64,000 nt of DNA from Patescibacteria group bacterium (GCA_041660605.1 JBAZWB010000001.1:393295-457294), one strand, 5' to 3'. Shown: positions 1-10,168, counted from the stretch's first letter. A program made the numbers and translations. The notes: generated by a model not told the origin, from the sequence alone.

Positions 1-3
1 GCT

Positions 4-189
4 TTGCTGGGGTTTATTGAAGGCGCGCTGGTGCTGGGCACAATATTATTCGTTATCAGCCATTTCCAGATTTCTCCGGAACTGAATAACGCCATTGATA
101 ATTCCGCCTTCGCCGGTCTTTTAATTACCCTGGCGAAAGTCGTTACGCCGCTGGTGCCGAATGTGCTGAAGGTGGATGTTGTAATCTAG
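4..189 (+). CDS. C-terminal fragment of a membrane protein; the gene starts upstream of the window
   Basis: ORF open to the window edge; hydrophobic TM-like sequence. Confidence 0.3.
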   Translation: MLGFIEGALVLGTILFVISHFQISPELNNAIDNSAFAGLLITLAKVVTPLVPNVLKVDVVI

Positions 190-286
190 TGACTAGTGGC
201 TAGTAACTAGTTCCTAGCAATAAAAAATTTAAAAAATTAGACATTTATTAGAAATTGGATATTAGTAATTAGAAATTAAAAAAAAT

Positions 287-1120
287 ATGTCCCTAAATTT
301 AATAGATACCCACGCGCATCTGGATTTTGAGGAATTTTCTGAAGACCGCGAAGAAGTAATAAAAAGAGCTTTTGCCGTGGGAGTGAATAAAATAATAAAT
401 ATCGGGTGCGATGAAATTCATTTCAAATCCACACTGGAAATCGCTTCCGGACAGGATAATATTTACGCGGTGATCGGCCTGCATCCCCATGAAGCCATGA
501 CTTTCAGCCGCGATCAAAAAGAGCAGAATGAAGAGCTGAAGCGCGTTATTAAGAGGCTGGACGATTTTACCGGTTATAAGAAACTGGTGGGCATCGGCGA
601 GATTGGCCTGGATTTTTTCCATATTGCCAGGGAAAAAGAGCGTGAACAATCCTCCATATATAATCTGCAAAAAAATCTTTTCGTGGCGCAGCTGGAGTTT
701 GCCCTGAAAGCCAATCTGCCCATTGTCATACATTGCCGTGAGGCTTATGATGAGGTACTGGAAATTTTGAAAAAATATTCTGCCAATAAGAATTTGCGGG
801 GGGTGATACATTCTTTTGAGGGCAGTTTTGATGTTGCCAGCGAGTTCATCAAACTGGGCTTTTTAGTTTCTTTCAACGGCATGTTAACCTATGAAAAATC
901 AGACGAGCAGCTATCAGCCGCCAGCCGGCTGCCAATTGATAAGATTTTACTGGAAACTGATTGCCCCTATCTGACGCCCGTACCGCTGCGCGGCCAGCGC
1001 AATGAGCCGTCTTATATTGAGTACACCGCCAAAAAGCTGGCAGAATTAAGGAATACGACTATCGAGGAAGTGGCTGAACAGACAACCGCTAATGCCGTTA
1101 ATTTTTTTAAATTATCATAA
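287..1120 (+). CDS. tatD: TatD-family metal-dependent hydrolase (DNase)
   Basis: N-terminal IDTHAHLD HxH motif and TIM-barrel TatD pattern over 277 aa. Confidence 0.85.
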   Translation: MSLNLIDTHAHLDFEEFSEDREEVIKRAFAVGVNKIINIGCDEIHFKSTLEIASGQDNIYAVIGLHPHEAMTFSRDQKEQNEELKRVIKRLDDFTGYKKLVGIGEIGLDFFHIAREKEREQSSIYNLQKNLFVAQLEFALKANLPIVIHCREAYDEVLEILKKYSANKNLRGVIHSFEGSFDVASEFIKLGFLVSFNGMLTYEKSDEQLSAASRLPIDKILLETDCPYLTPVPLRGQRNEPSYIEYTAKKLAELRNTTIEEVAEQTTANAVNFFKLS

Positions 1121-1123
1121 ATA

Positions 1124-1960
1124 ATGATAGATACGCACGCGCATTTGAATTTTTCATCATTCAAAGATGATCTTGATGAAGTCATGCAGGAAATAATGCG
1201 TCTGAAGATGCGCGTGATCAACGTCGGCTCGCAGTTTTCTACCAGCCAGCGGGCGGTGGAACTGGCGGATAAATATCCGGCCAATCTTTTCGCGGCCATC
1301 GGCTTGCACCCGATTCATTTATTTGAAATGGAGTTTGATGAACTGGAAATGCCGTTTAAAACCAGACGCGAAGAATTCCATGCTGAGAATTATGAAAAAC
1401 TTAGCCAGCACAAAAATGTCGTGGCTATCGGCGAGATCGGCATTGATTATTTCAAACAACCGAGTAATGTCACAATAAAAGAATTCAAGGACAAGCAGAA
1501 ATGGACTTTCCTGAAGCAGCTGCAGCTGGCCAAGAAATTAAATTTACCGTATATCCTCCATTGCCGGGGGAGCAAGGAGGCGTTTGAGGATGCCTATAAG
1601 GATGCTCTAGCGGTGATCAGAGATTTCAAATATTTCCATGGCGTGGTCCACTGTTTTGCGGCAAACTGGGAAATTGCCAGGAAATTCCTGGATTTGGGCT
1701 TATTGATTTCCTTTACCGGCATTATTACTTTTCCGAAAACTGAATTTCTGGGGCAGGTAGTAAAAAAAATCCCGCTGGATCGGGTGATGGCAGAAACCGA
1801 CGCGCCTTTTCTGGCACCGCAGCTGGTGCGCGGCAAAAGAAATGAACCGCGCTACGTCCGTTATATCATAGATAAAATCGCCGATCTTAAGAGGATTACC
1901 TACGAGGAAGCGGAGGAGGCGACGACAAAAAATGCCGAAAGTTTTTTTAATCTGCACTAA
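1124..1960 (+). CDS. Second TatD-family hydrolase, tandem paralog
   Basis: MIDTHAHLNF motif and TatD-like conserved His/Glu/Asp positions; sits 3 nt after the first tatD. Confidence 0.8.
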   Translation: MIDTHAHLNFSSFKDDLDEVMQEIMRLKMRVINVGSQFSTSQRAVELADKYPANLFAAIGLHPIHLFEMEFDELEMPFKTRREEFHAENYEKLSQHKNVVAIGEIGIDYFKQPSNVTIKEFKDKQKWTFLKQLQLAKKLNLPYILHCRGSKEAFEDAYKDALAVIRDFKYFHGVVHCFAANWEIARKFLDLGLLISFTGIITFPKTEFLGQVVKKIPLDRVMAETDAPFLAPQLVRGKRNEPRYVRYIIDKIADLKRITYEEAEEATTKNAESFFNLH

Positions 1961-2007
1961 CGCCTGTTGAATTGTTAATAATCATTTTTTGAGATACAAT
2001 TAACCAT

Positions 2008-3072
2008 ATGGAAATAGCTTTACTAATCATTGCCGGGCTGATTCTGCTGGGAATAATCGTCATGTTTTTCCGTTCGCCGCGGGGAGTCGGTTTGGAGCAA
2101 AAAGACGTCTCGGAAAAAATGGTCCGCCTGGAAGAGCGCATCGGCCAATTAAACGAAAAAAGCACGGAAATCACCCGCGTCTTGGACACCAAACTGGCGG
2201 AATCCACCAAAGCCCTGCAAGAGCAATTCGGCCAGTCGGCCAAGATCGTCCGCGACGTAACCGAGAAACTTACCAAGCTTGATGAGACCAACAAGCAGGT
2301 TTTGAATTTTTCCGACCAGCTAAAAAATCTGCAGGATATATTGAAGAATCCCAAACAGCGCGGAGTGCTGGGGGAGTATTTTCTGGATACGCTCTTGAAA
2401 AACGTCATGCCGCCGGGTTCGTATCAAATGCAGTACAAATTCAAGGACGGGGAAATCGTTGACGCCGTGATCAAGATTGGCGACCAGCTGATACCGGTTG
2501 ATTCCAAATTCAGCCTGGAGAATTACAACCGCATGGCGGAAACGCATAACGAAGAAGAGAGGAAGCGTTTAGAAAAAGTTTTCGTCAATGACCTGAAAAT
2601 GCGCATCCAGGAAACAGGCAAATACATCCGGCCGAATGAAAATACCATGGACTTCGCTTTCATGTTCATACCACATGAGGCCATTTATTATGACCTGCTG
2701 ATCAACAAAGTCGGCGCCATGACTAACGAGGATACCGAGAATCTGATCCAGCGCGCGGCCAGTAAATACCGCGTCATCATTGTTTCGCCCACTTCGTTCC
2801 TGGCTTACCTGCAGACGGTGCTTCAGGGGCTCCGCGCGCTGAAGATTGAGGAGTCAGCCAAGGAAGTCAGGAAAAACGTGGAGCAATTAGCCAAGCACCT
2901 GTCCAGCTACGAGACCTATATGCAGAAGCTGGGCAACCAGTTGGGCACGACGGTCAACACTTATAATTCCGCTTATAAGGAATTTAAAAAAGTTGATAAG
3001 GACATTTTAAAGATAGCGGAGGTTGGCGGCGAGGTGGAGCCGATAGAATTGGAGCGGCCGAAAGAGGAGTAA
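2008..3072 (+). CDS. rmuC: DNA recombination protein RmuC-like
   Basis: N-terminal TM, long coiled coil, C-terminal RmuC core (FAFMFIPHEAIYYDLL ... VIIVSPTSFLAYLQTV). Confidence 0.7.
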   Translation: MEIALLIIAGLILLGIIVMFFRSPRGVGLEQKDVSEKMVRLEERIGQLNEKSTEITRVLDTKLAESTKALQEQFGQSAKIVRDVTEKLTKLDETNKQVLNFSDQLKNLQDILKNPKQRGVLGEYFLDTLLKNVMPPGSYQMQYKFKDGEIVDAVIKIGDQLIPVDSKFSLENYNRMAETHNEEERKRLEKVFVNDLKMRIQETGKYIRPNENTMDFAFMFIPHEAIYYDLLINKVGAMTNEDTENLIQRAASKYRVIIVSPTSFLAYLQTVLQGLRALKIEESAKEVRKNVEQLAKHLSSYETYMQKLGNQLGTTVNTYNSAYKEFKKVDKDILKIAEVGGEVEPIELERPKEE

Positions 3073-3121
3073 AGTTAATTGATGAGTTGGTATAGTCCAG
3101 GGGGTATTGGTTAGGTAGTTA

Positions 3122-5503
3122 TTGATAAAATATTTTTATTATACTATGCCTAATCAAAAAAAGATTATGCCAAAGTTACTAGATACGAATACAAAAACAC
3201 AGGAGCAATTGAAAATAAAAATTTCCATCGCCGCCATGATGCTGGCAGCTGTTGGCTTGGGCTTTGCTTTTGGTATTATTCTTATTGACTTAGCATCAAA
3301 AAAAATACCCACGGTTAGCACCGGAAATTTTACCGTCAGTTTTGCCGCCAATGAATATAAGTTTTCAGAAATTGACAGCAAGGGAAATCAGACAGTGTCA
3401 ATGGTTGATTTTGAAAATCGCGGCCTACCCGGAGAACCAGATATGCCAATGAAAACATATTCCATACTCTTGCCTCCCGGAGCTCAATTTATTAAGGCGG
3501 ACATTATCTCAATGGAGAGCAGTCTAATAGATGGAAGTTATGTAATAAAAGAGGCGCCGACGCCTCAACCTATCATAGATTCGACAAGCGCGGATATACT
3601 ATACAAGGAGGCGGCAGAAATCCCGCCGAAGCAGGAAATTTATTCTTCAGACCAGCTTTACCCTGTGAATGTTATTGAAACAAAGCAAGCCGGGCAAATG
3701 CGAAAGTATAATATTCAAGAGATAACTTTTAATCCCTTTCAATATCAGCCGTTATCGAAAAAATTGACGTTTATTTCAAAAGTAAATCTTAGGATTACTT
3801 ATAATATTGGAGAGGCGCCAACCGCAAGCCGGCTTGCAGATACCGTTCTAGATGACTCGGTTAGAGAGTTAGCTTATAATTTTAATCAATTTGGAGATCA
3901 ATACGATACTAGCCTGGTCAATACGAAATCACCGGCAGAATTATACGATTATGTCATAATCGCTCCGCAAACAATGGCGTCATCTGCCGGGATGAATACG
4001 CTTGTACAGTATCGACAAAATCAGGGGCATAGTATTCATTTGGAAACAACTGAATATATAAGCTCAAATTATTCAGGTGCTGATCTTCCGGAAAAAATTC
4101 GAAATTATTTAATTTCACACTATCTTGATTGGGGAATAAAAAATGTGGCCCTTGTTGGTTCTAATCAGGTTATCCCTATGCGGGTTTGTGATGGGTACCT
4201 GCCTACCGATTATTACTACCAGGAGCTGACAAGTGTCTGGGATGGATCTCAAATGTATTGCGGATATCACGACTGGTATCCTGAAGTATTCGTCGGAAGA
4301 ATCCCTATTGATGATACCGCGCAATTTGCGCAATATATTGACCGTGTTATTACATATGAAAATACCACTGACCCTTACATCCGGAAAGCTTTACTCGCAG
4401 CAGGCATCTGGGAAACAAATAATGATGCCGCGCAAACAGCTGAAAATTTGCGGATCGGTTTGTTTCTCCCCGCTGGTTACCAAGCCGATAGATTATATGA
4501 AGAAACCGGAACGTGCCCGGCGACATTACTTCACGATGATGATGTTAGTCAGGTGAATGTTCTTGACAATTGGCAAAACGAACATTACGGCATAGTGTAT
4601 CTCGCTGCTCATGGCAATCCTGCTCGTTTATGTTCTAAACCCTGTCCGCAACCCGATCAGGGCTGCCAAACAACCTTTGTCAAAGATGATATATCGCAGT
4701 TAAATGGCGATTATCCCTCGGTAGTATTTAGCCTGGCGTGCAGTACCGCTGATGTGTCTGATCCTGGCAATCTCGCGTACAGTTTGGTAAGGCAAAAAGT
4801 TGCGTCATATGTGGGTGCTACAAAAGTGGCATTTTCTAGTGATCAAATCTATCAATTGTATTTTTCAAATTTACTGCAGCAGGAGCGACGAAATGCAGAA
4901 GCCCTGGCTTTAGCGAGGCTATCAGTGACGGAAAACTATAACGGACAATATCAAGCATTAAATTATAATTTATACTCCGAACCATTACTGAAAGTCAGAA
5001 CTTTTTGTGAGGACGGAACAGTCGGCGGCCAGTGCAGCGGGCAGCAGTATTGTGATAAAGGTCAGCTGGTCAGTGACTGCCGGCAGTGCGGTTTTACTTG
5101 TTCGGGTGGGCGGGTATGCGATATAGGAAGCGGTCAGTGCATTATGCCCCCTGCCTGTAATATTGATAGTGACTGCGCTGATAGCATTGCCTGCAACGTA
5201 GATCATTGTAATTTTTCAGGAACGATCTCGGCGAGTTGTTCGCACACCGGCGGAACCTGCTGCGCTAACGGTACGTTGCCCGGGCAATGCGACAGCGCGG
5301 GAGGGAGTTTCTGTACATCCAATCTTACCCTTGATGATAACAGATGCCCTATCTGCGGCTGTAAGCAGTTCTACAAGTGCAATCCCGGCAGCCCGAAAGG
5401 GACAGGGTCGTGCGTCCCGGATCCCACGACCTGCTGTCTGGAAGAAACTCCGACCTGCAAACTGCCCCTCTGCCCCTGGCGGCCCCTGAATACGGTAAAT
5501 TAA
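3122..5503 (+). CDS. Membrane-anchored clan-CD cysteine peptidase, gingipain (C25)-like, with a Cys-rich C-terminal domain of about 45 Cys
   Basis: N-terminal TM; propeptide-like region; caspase-like His-Gly (YLAAHGNP) and Ala-Cys (FSLACSTAD) dyad spacing; the last roughly 170 aa are extremely Cys-rich. Confidence 0.5.
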   Translation: MIKYFYYTMPNQKKIMPKLLDTNTKTQEQLKIKISIAAMMLAAVGLGFAFGIILIDLASKKIPTVSTGNFTVSFAANEYKFSEIDSKGNQTVSMVDFENRGLPGEPDMPMKTYSILLPPGAQFIKADIISMESSLIDGSYVIKEAPTPQPIIDSTSADILYKEAAEIPPKQEIYSSDQLYPVNVIETKQAGQMRKYNIQEITFNPFQYQPLSKKLTFISKVNLRITYNIGEAPTASRLADTVLDDSVRELAYNFNQFGDQYDTSLVNTKSPAELYDYVIIAPQTMASSAGMNTLVQYRQNQGHSIHLETTEYISSNYSGADLPEKIRNYLISHYLDWGIKNVALVGSNQVIPMRVCDGYLPTDYYYQELTSVWDGSQMYCGYHDWYPEVFVGRIPIDDTAQFAQYIDRVITYENTTDPYIRKALLAAGIWETNNDAAQTAENLRIGLFLPAGYQADRLYEETGTCPATLLHDDDVSQVNVLDNWQNEHYGIVYLAAHGNPARLCSKPCPQPDQGCQTTFVKDDISQLNGDYPSVVFSLACSTADVSDPGNLAYSLVRQKVASYVGATKVAFSSDQIYQLYFSNLLQQERRNAEALALARLSVTENYNGQYQALNYNLYSEPLLKVRTFCEDGTVGGQCSGQQYCDKGQLVSDCRQCGFTCSGGRVCDIGSGQCIMPPACNIDSDCADSIACNVDHCNFSGTISASCSHTGGTCCANGTLPGQCDSAGGSFCTSNLTLDDNRCPICGCKQFYKCNPGSPKGTGSCVPDPTTCCLEETPTCKLPLCPWRPLNTVN

Positions 5504-5586
5504 TACAGGGTATATCGTCGCAGTAATTAGCCTGGCGCGGAAACTCATTGATGTAGCCGGAGAAATTAAAATAAGAATCTATTTTT

Positions 5587-6369
5587 ATGTTTTCCTTGGG
5601 ATCTTTTATATTCATAAATTCCACAGACCGCCAAAAGGTGGCTGAACAGATTGAACTGATAAGAAGTTTGCCCGGTTTGGGGCACGTGGAGATCTGGTGG
5701 GAGCACGGCGGGTGGTCTGACGACGACGCAAAATGGCTACGTGCTGAATTAGAAGAGATTAACTGCCTGATGCACGCACCATACATTAATATGTCCTTCG
5801 TTTCCCGGCATGCGGAGCAGAATGAAGCCACCCTGGAGATTTTAAAACGGAAAGTCGATCAGGCGCGGATTTTGAACGTTAAAGTGATGACTATTCATCT
5901 GGGCGACCGGCCGTTTTTTACTGATGATGACGAAGCCCGGGGCATTTGCCAGCCATATTTGCGGCAGCTGGCTGATTATGCTGACGGAAAGATGAAGATT
6001 TCCCTGGAAAACGTGCCTGTCAGGCCGGGTTCCGCATTCGGCTATCCGAATAAAGGCGAAGAGGTTGCAAAAATACTCTCAGCGGTTGATAATATATATA
6101 CCACGGTGGATATCGGGCACAGCTGGAAAAATAATGATGATTACTTTGATTTTCTGAAAAACAACCGGGAGCGCGTGGCTGACATCCATTTTCACAATGT
6201 CAGCGCTGAGGGCAGGGAGCATTTTGGTTTTAATCATCCGGGTTGCCTTGACCCTGGAAAAGTCGTTGATTTATTACATCAGATTGATTATCAACAGTAC
6301 CTGACGCTGGAGATCCTGGAACCGGAAGACATCAGGAAATCATGGGAGATTGTAAAAAAATTTATTTAG
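5587..6369 (+). CDS. Sugar phosphate isomerase/epimerase, xylose-isomerase-like TIM barrel (AP endonuclease 2 fold)
   Basis: ISLENVP, DIGHSW and HFHNV metal-ligand-like motifs typical of this fold. Confidence 0.5.
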   Translation: MFSLGSFIFINSTDRQKVAEQIELIRSLPGLGHVEIWWEHGGWSDDDAKWLRAELEEINCLMHAPYINMSFVSRHAEQNEATLEILKRKVDQARILNVKVMTIHLGDRPFFTDDDEARGICQPYLRQLADYADGKMKISLENVPVRPGSAFGYPNKGEEVAKILSAVDNIYTTVDIGHSWKNNDDYFDFLKNNRERVADIHFHNVSAEGREHFGFNHPGCLDPGKVVDLLHQIDYQQYLTLEILEPEDIRKSWEIVKKFI

Positions 6370-6378
6370 TTATTTCAG

Positions 6379-6765
6379 ATGGAAATTTACCGCAGTAAAA
6401 CAAGCAAATCGTTTAGAGCAAAAAATCTGATTTTTCTTTTTATCATTGTCGGATTGATCGCCGCCGCAGGCATTTACCTTTTTTTTACCTTGGTCGTGTT
6501 CAAAGAAAAGTCGTGGAATAAGCCGATTGCCTGCGACGAGCTCTATTCAAAAAACCAGACCGAAAATATTCTGATGAATAACAAGGTGCTCCTCGGAGAA
6601 ATCGAAAAAGCCGGCGGCCATTATGTCTATGTCAATCTGCGCAATGACTGCGAGGATAAAGGCGAGATCATTATCATGTACAATTCCACTGATCAGGCGC
6701 AGCGGATCAGGGATTTGGTCGGCCAGACATTCCAGGGTTTGCCGTACAGATTGGTAAACGGCTAA
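6379..6765 (+). CDS. Hypothetical membrane-anchored protein
   Basis: Single N-terminal TM helix; compact ORF followed by a terminator hairpin. Confidence 0.4.
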   Translation: MEIYRSKTSKSFRAKNLIFLFIIVGLIAAAGIYLFFTLVVFKEKSWNKPIACDELYSKNQTENILMNNKVLLGEIEKAGGHYVYVNLRNDCEDKGEIIIMYNSTDQAQRIRDLVGQTFQGLPYRLVNG

Positions 6766-6783
6766 ATTTATTTAAAAAAAGAA

Positions 6784-6812
6784 AAAGGCGGTTACCAGGT
6801 AACCGTCCTTTT
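6784..6812 (+). terminator. Intrinsic terminator (cggttacc-a-ggtaaccg hairpin followed by a T-run)
   Basis: Near-palindrome followed by tccttttgttg. Confidence 0.5.
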
Positions 6813-7001
6813 GTTGCAGAAGATTCATTCTTCTGTGTCAGGGCCGCCATCAGGCGCATGACCCCATCCATCATAAGAATCTTCCGAATCTCCTCCGGGT
6901 GTTTTCGGTCCAATGTACATCAGTGCCTCCAAAAAGCATTGTTAGTTTTTCCAAAATCGCTATTACGCGACAGGGGGAGTGTTTTTATGAGTGAGAAACA
7001 G

Positions 7002-7307
7002 TCAGCTTAGCAGGACGCCGAAGTAATCAATTGCTATGAAGAATGCAGTGCCGGCCGCGGCCATGCAGACTATGCCAGCCAAATACATCCTGCGCCTAAG
7101 CTGTACTCCGTATTGGTCATCTAAAGTCCCGAGTTCCTCAGCTTTGTAGTAGAGTCTATCGTGATAATTAAGTGAGAAAAACCCAACCAAGAAAAAAATA
7201 ATGGCTGGAATAATTTTGGTTGTCAATGCGACCTCCTTGCATTTCCAATAAAGTTCTATTTTTATTGGGCAATCATACCCCCATTTACAGAGCAGGTCAA
7301 CAAGCAT
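7002..7307 (-). CDS. Hypothetical small membrane protein
   Basis: ORF with two hydrophobic segments, divergent from atpZ. Confidence 0.3.
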   Translation of the reverse strand: MLVDLLCKWGYDCPIKIELYWKCKEVALTTKIIPAIIFFLVGFFSLNYHDRLYYKAEELGTLDDQYGVQLRRRMYLAGIVCMAAAGTAFFIAIDYFGVLLS

Positions 7308-7445
7308 TTTTTCAATAATTGCTAAAATTAGCCAATAAAATATGATACCAGCTAAGGTAAAACTGGGGGGTATTGATTTATTAGTGGAAATGCATTAGAA
7401 TGTAGCCAAATTGTGGATAATATAGGAGCCTGAAGCCTTTATATT

Positions 7446-7784
7446 TTGGCCACTTTAACAACTGCCAGTAAGCACTTTTTTAATTGTTTTATGGATAATA
7501 AACCTCAAATACCATGGTGGCAGCCGGCAGTAACGATTTTTGCCGAGGTAACCGGCTGGATTGCCGTACCAATATTAATTGCGTTGTTTTTGGGTAAATA
7601 TCTGGATGAGAAGTACGGCACTGATCCCTGGTATTATCTGGGGCTGACGGCAGTTGCCTTTATTATTTCCAGCACCGGAATTGTCATTGTGGCAGGCAAA
7701 TACATCAGGCAGATAGAAAAGGAAAATAAGAATAAGAAAAATGAATCAGACAGCAAACAATATCATAACAATACAAAATTCTAG
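7446..7784 (+). CDS. atpZ: ATP synthase protein I (AtpZ/AtpI family), small membrane protein
   Basis: Sits immediately upstream of atpB; two TM helices; W/P-rich N-terminus typical of ATPase_gene1 family. Confidence 0.6.
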   Translation: MATLTTASKHFFNCFMDNKPQIPWWQPAVTIFAEVTGWIAVPILIALFLGKYLDEKYGTDPWYYLGLTAVAFIISSTGIVIVAGKYIRQIEKENKNKKNESDSKQYHNNTKF

Positions 7785-8652
7785 CGTTGGCGGGCACCAG
7801 TTGCTCGCGGTGGAAACAACCGGTGAGGAGAAGGCGGCAACCAACTCGGAAATTTCCCATGAACCGACGCTTTATGCGGAACCGGTTTTTTCCATAGGCA
7901 GCTTCCAGGTGACAAATTCTCTGCTAAATTCCTGGGTAGTGGTGGTGTTGCTGGTAATTTTTTCACTGGTCCTGAGAAAAAAAATAAAACGCATCCCGCG
8001 CGGCCTACAGAACGCGGTGGAAATAGTTATTGAAGGCGCGCTGAATATGGTTGATAGCGTGACTAGTGACCGAAAAAAATCTCAGAAAGTTTTCCCCTTT
8101 GTTTTCGCAATTTTTGTCTTTATCTTGTTGAATAACTGGCTGGGATTGATCCCGGGTATTGGTTCGATCGGTTTTCTAGAATCAGAAGCCGGGCACCAGG
8201 TTTTTATACCATTACTTCGTGGCGGTACGGCTGATTTAAACACTACGCTGGCGCTGGCGATATTCGCTGTTATTAGTTCAAATATCTTTGGCATTTTGAT
8301 GGTCGGTGTCTGGAAGCATTTCAATAAATTCGTGAATCTCAAAGCCCTGGTGCAGATCCCCCAGCGGATTACCAAAGAACCAGCAATAGTCATAGTCAAT
8401 CCCATTAAATTTTTCGTTGGGATAATTGAAATCATCGGGGAAATCGCCAAAGTCGCTTCACTGTCTTTCCGGTTGTTCGGCAACATCTTCGCCGGCGAGG
8501 TCTTGCTGGCCTCTATGGCAGCGCTCTTCGCCTTTGTCCTGCCTGTGCCTTTCATGTTTTTGGAGGTAATCGTCGGACTGATACAGGCGCTGATTTTCGC
8601 CATGCTGACGCTGGTTTATTATACGATCGCCTCAACGGCGGAGGAACATTAA
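7741..8652 (+). CDS. atpB: F0F1 ATP synthase subunit a
   Basis: NNWLGLIPG and FRLFGNIFAGEVLL signature motifs; true start uncertain because the ORF overlaps the atpZ end. Confidence 0.9.
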   Translation: MNQTANNIITIQNSSVGGHQLLAVETTGEEKAATNSEISHEPTLYAEPVFSIGSFQVTNSLLNSWVVVVLLVIFSLVLRKKIKRIPRGLQNAVEIVIEGALNMVDSVTSDRKKSQKVFPFVFAIFVFILLNNWLGLIPGIGSIGFLESEAGHQVFIPLLRGGTADLNTTLALAIFAVISSNIFGILMVGVWKHFNKFVNLKALVQIPQRITKEPAIVIVNPIKFFVGIIEIIGEIAKVASLSFRLFGNIFAGEVLLASMAALFAFVLPVPFMFLEVIVGLIQALIFAMLTLVYYTIASTAEEH

Positions 8653-8732
8653 AGGTTTGTAGGTTGTGGGTAGTAAGTTGTAGGTAGTAATCTTATTAAT
8701 AAATAATTAACGGTTCAAGATTGCCGACTTAA

Positions 8733-9002
<270 letters not shown>

Positions 9003-9014
9003 TCTATTTACGTT

Positions 9015-9043
9015 CAGAAGATTCTGCTTCGGCAGATCTTCTG
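9015..9043 (+). promoter_or_regulatory. Stable UUCG-tetraloop hairpin immediately after atpE (intra-operon attenuator or processing stem)
   Basis: cagaagattctg-cttcgg-cagatcttctg, 12-bp stem with a TTCG loop. Confidence 0.45.
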
Positions 9044-9240
9044 GGGCTGGTAGATTATTATGCGTATTGGAATGCACATTGTATAGATAAAATTCGAAAT
9101 TTTAAATCCGAAATCCGAAACAAATTCAAATGTTTTAAATTTAAAATAATAAAGCCTTCGGTTGAATTTAAACATTTATTTTTAGAAATTTAATATTGTT
9201 TCGAGTTTCGTGCTTCGGATTTAGAATTTATTAATAATTT

Positions 9241-9738
9241 ATGGATGAATTAGTAAAAACATTTCACATTGACTGGAAGCTTTTAGTCGCTCAATTAATT
9301 AATTTTGGCATTGTCATAGGCGTGCTCTGGTATTTTGCCCTGAAGCCGCTCTTGAAAACCATGAACAAAAGAAGCGGAGACATTGAAAAGAGCCTGAAAG
9401 ACGCAGAAGAGATTGAAAAGAAATTGCTGCAAGCGGATAAAAGCAAAGATCGGATTGTCATCGAAGCAAAAAAAGAAGCGCAGATTATCCTGGAAAAATC
9501 CTATAAAGAGGCAGAAAAACTTAAGGAGCAGAAACTGCATGAAACCCGCAGCGAGATGGAAAAGATCGCCAATAAAGCCAAGGCGGATTTGCTGATGGAA
9601 AAAGATAAAATGATTGAACAAGCCAGGCATGAGGTCGGCGGTTTGATTATTACAGCCAGCGAAAAAATAATCGGCAAAAGCGTGGATACGGAAATCAATA
9701 AAAAAATAATTGAAGAAACCCTTAATCAGGCTAAATAA
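9241..9738 (+). CDS. atpF: F0F1 ATP synthase subunit b
   Basis: N-terminal TM then a long charged coiled coil; position in the operon. Confidence 0.85.
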   Translation: MDELVKTFHIDWKLLVAQLINFGIVIGVLWYFALKPLLKTMNKRSGDIEKSLKDAEEIEKKLLQADKSKDRIVIEAKKEAQIILEKSYKEAEKLKEQKLHETRSEMEKIANKAKADLLMEKDKMIEQARHEVGGLIITASEKIIGKSVDTEINKKIIEETLNQAK

Positions 9739-9744
9739 ATAATA

Positions 9745-10143
9745 ATGAGCAAGATTTCTCCAAAAAAATACGCCGTCAGCTTATATGAGGCCATAAAGGC
9801 AGTCCCAAAAGAAAAAACGGGTGCTATGCTTGGAAATTTCATAAAACTCCTGGCGAAAAATAATGATTTATCCCAGGCGGATAAAATAATCAGGGCTTAT
9901 AATGAATACGCGAATTTAAGCGAAAATGTCCTGGAGCTTTCAATCATTTCCGTGGAGAAAATAGATGAGAATTTAAAAAATAATATCGTCAGTCATTTAG
10001 GCAAAACCTTCAATAAAAAAATTGAACTGCATGAAAAAATTGACAAATCTTTAATCGGCGGAGCAGTGCTGAAATACGGCGATACAGTGGTGGACGGCAG
10101 CATTAAGAAAAGACTGGCTACGCTGAAACAAACATTAAAATAA
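9745..10143 (+). CDS. atpH: F0F1 ATP synthase subunit delta (OSCP), short form
   Basis: Operon position between b and alpha; OSCP-like C-terminal pattern (GGAVLKYGDTVVDGSIK). Confidence 0.75.
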   Translation: MSKISPKKYAVSLYEAIKAVPKEKTGAMLGNFIKLLAKNNDLSQADKIIRAYNEYANLSENVLELSIISVEKIDENLKNNIVSHLGKTFNKKIELHEKIDKSLIGGAVLKYGDTVVDGSIKKRLATLKQTLK

Positions 10144-10168
10144 TTAACATAATTATCTATAAAAGAAT

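Noticed and set aside
299-811. 170-aa minus-strand ORF antisense to tatD
   Set aside because: Antisense shadow of a well-supported gene.
6707-6913. 68-aa minus-strand ORF
   Set aside because: It overlaps the 3-prime end and the terminator of the 6379 gene, and it has low-complexity composition.
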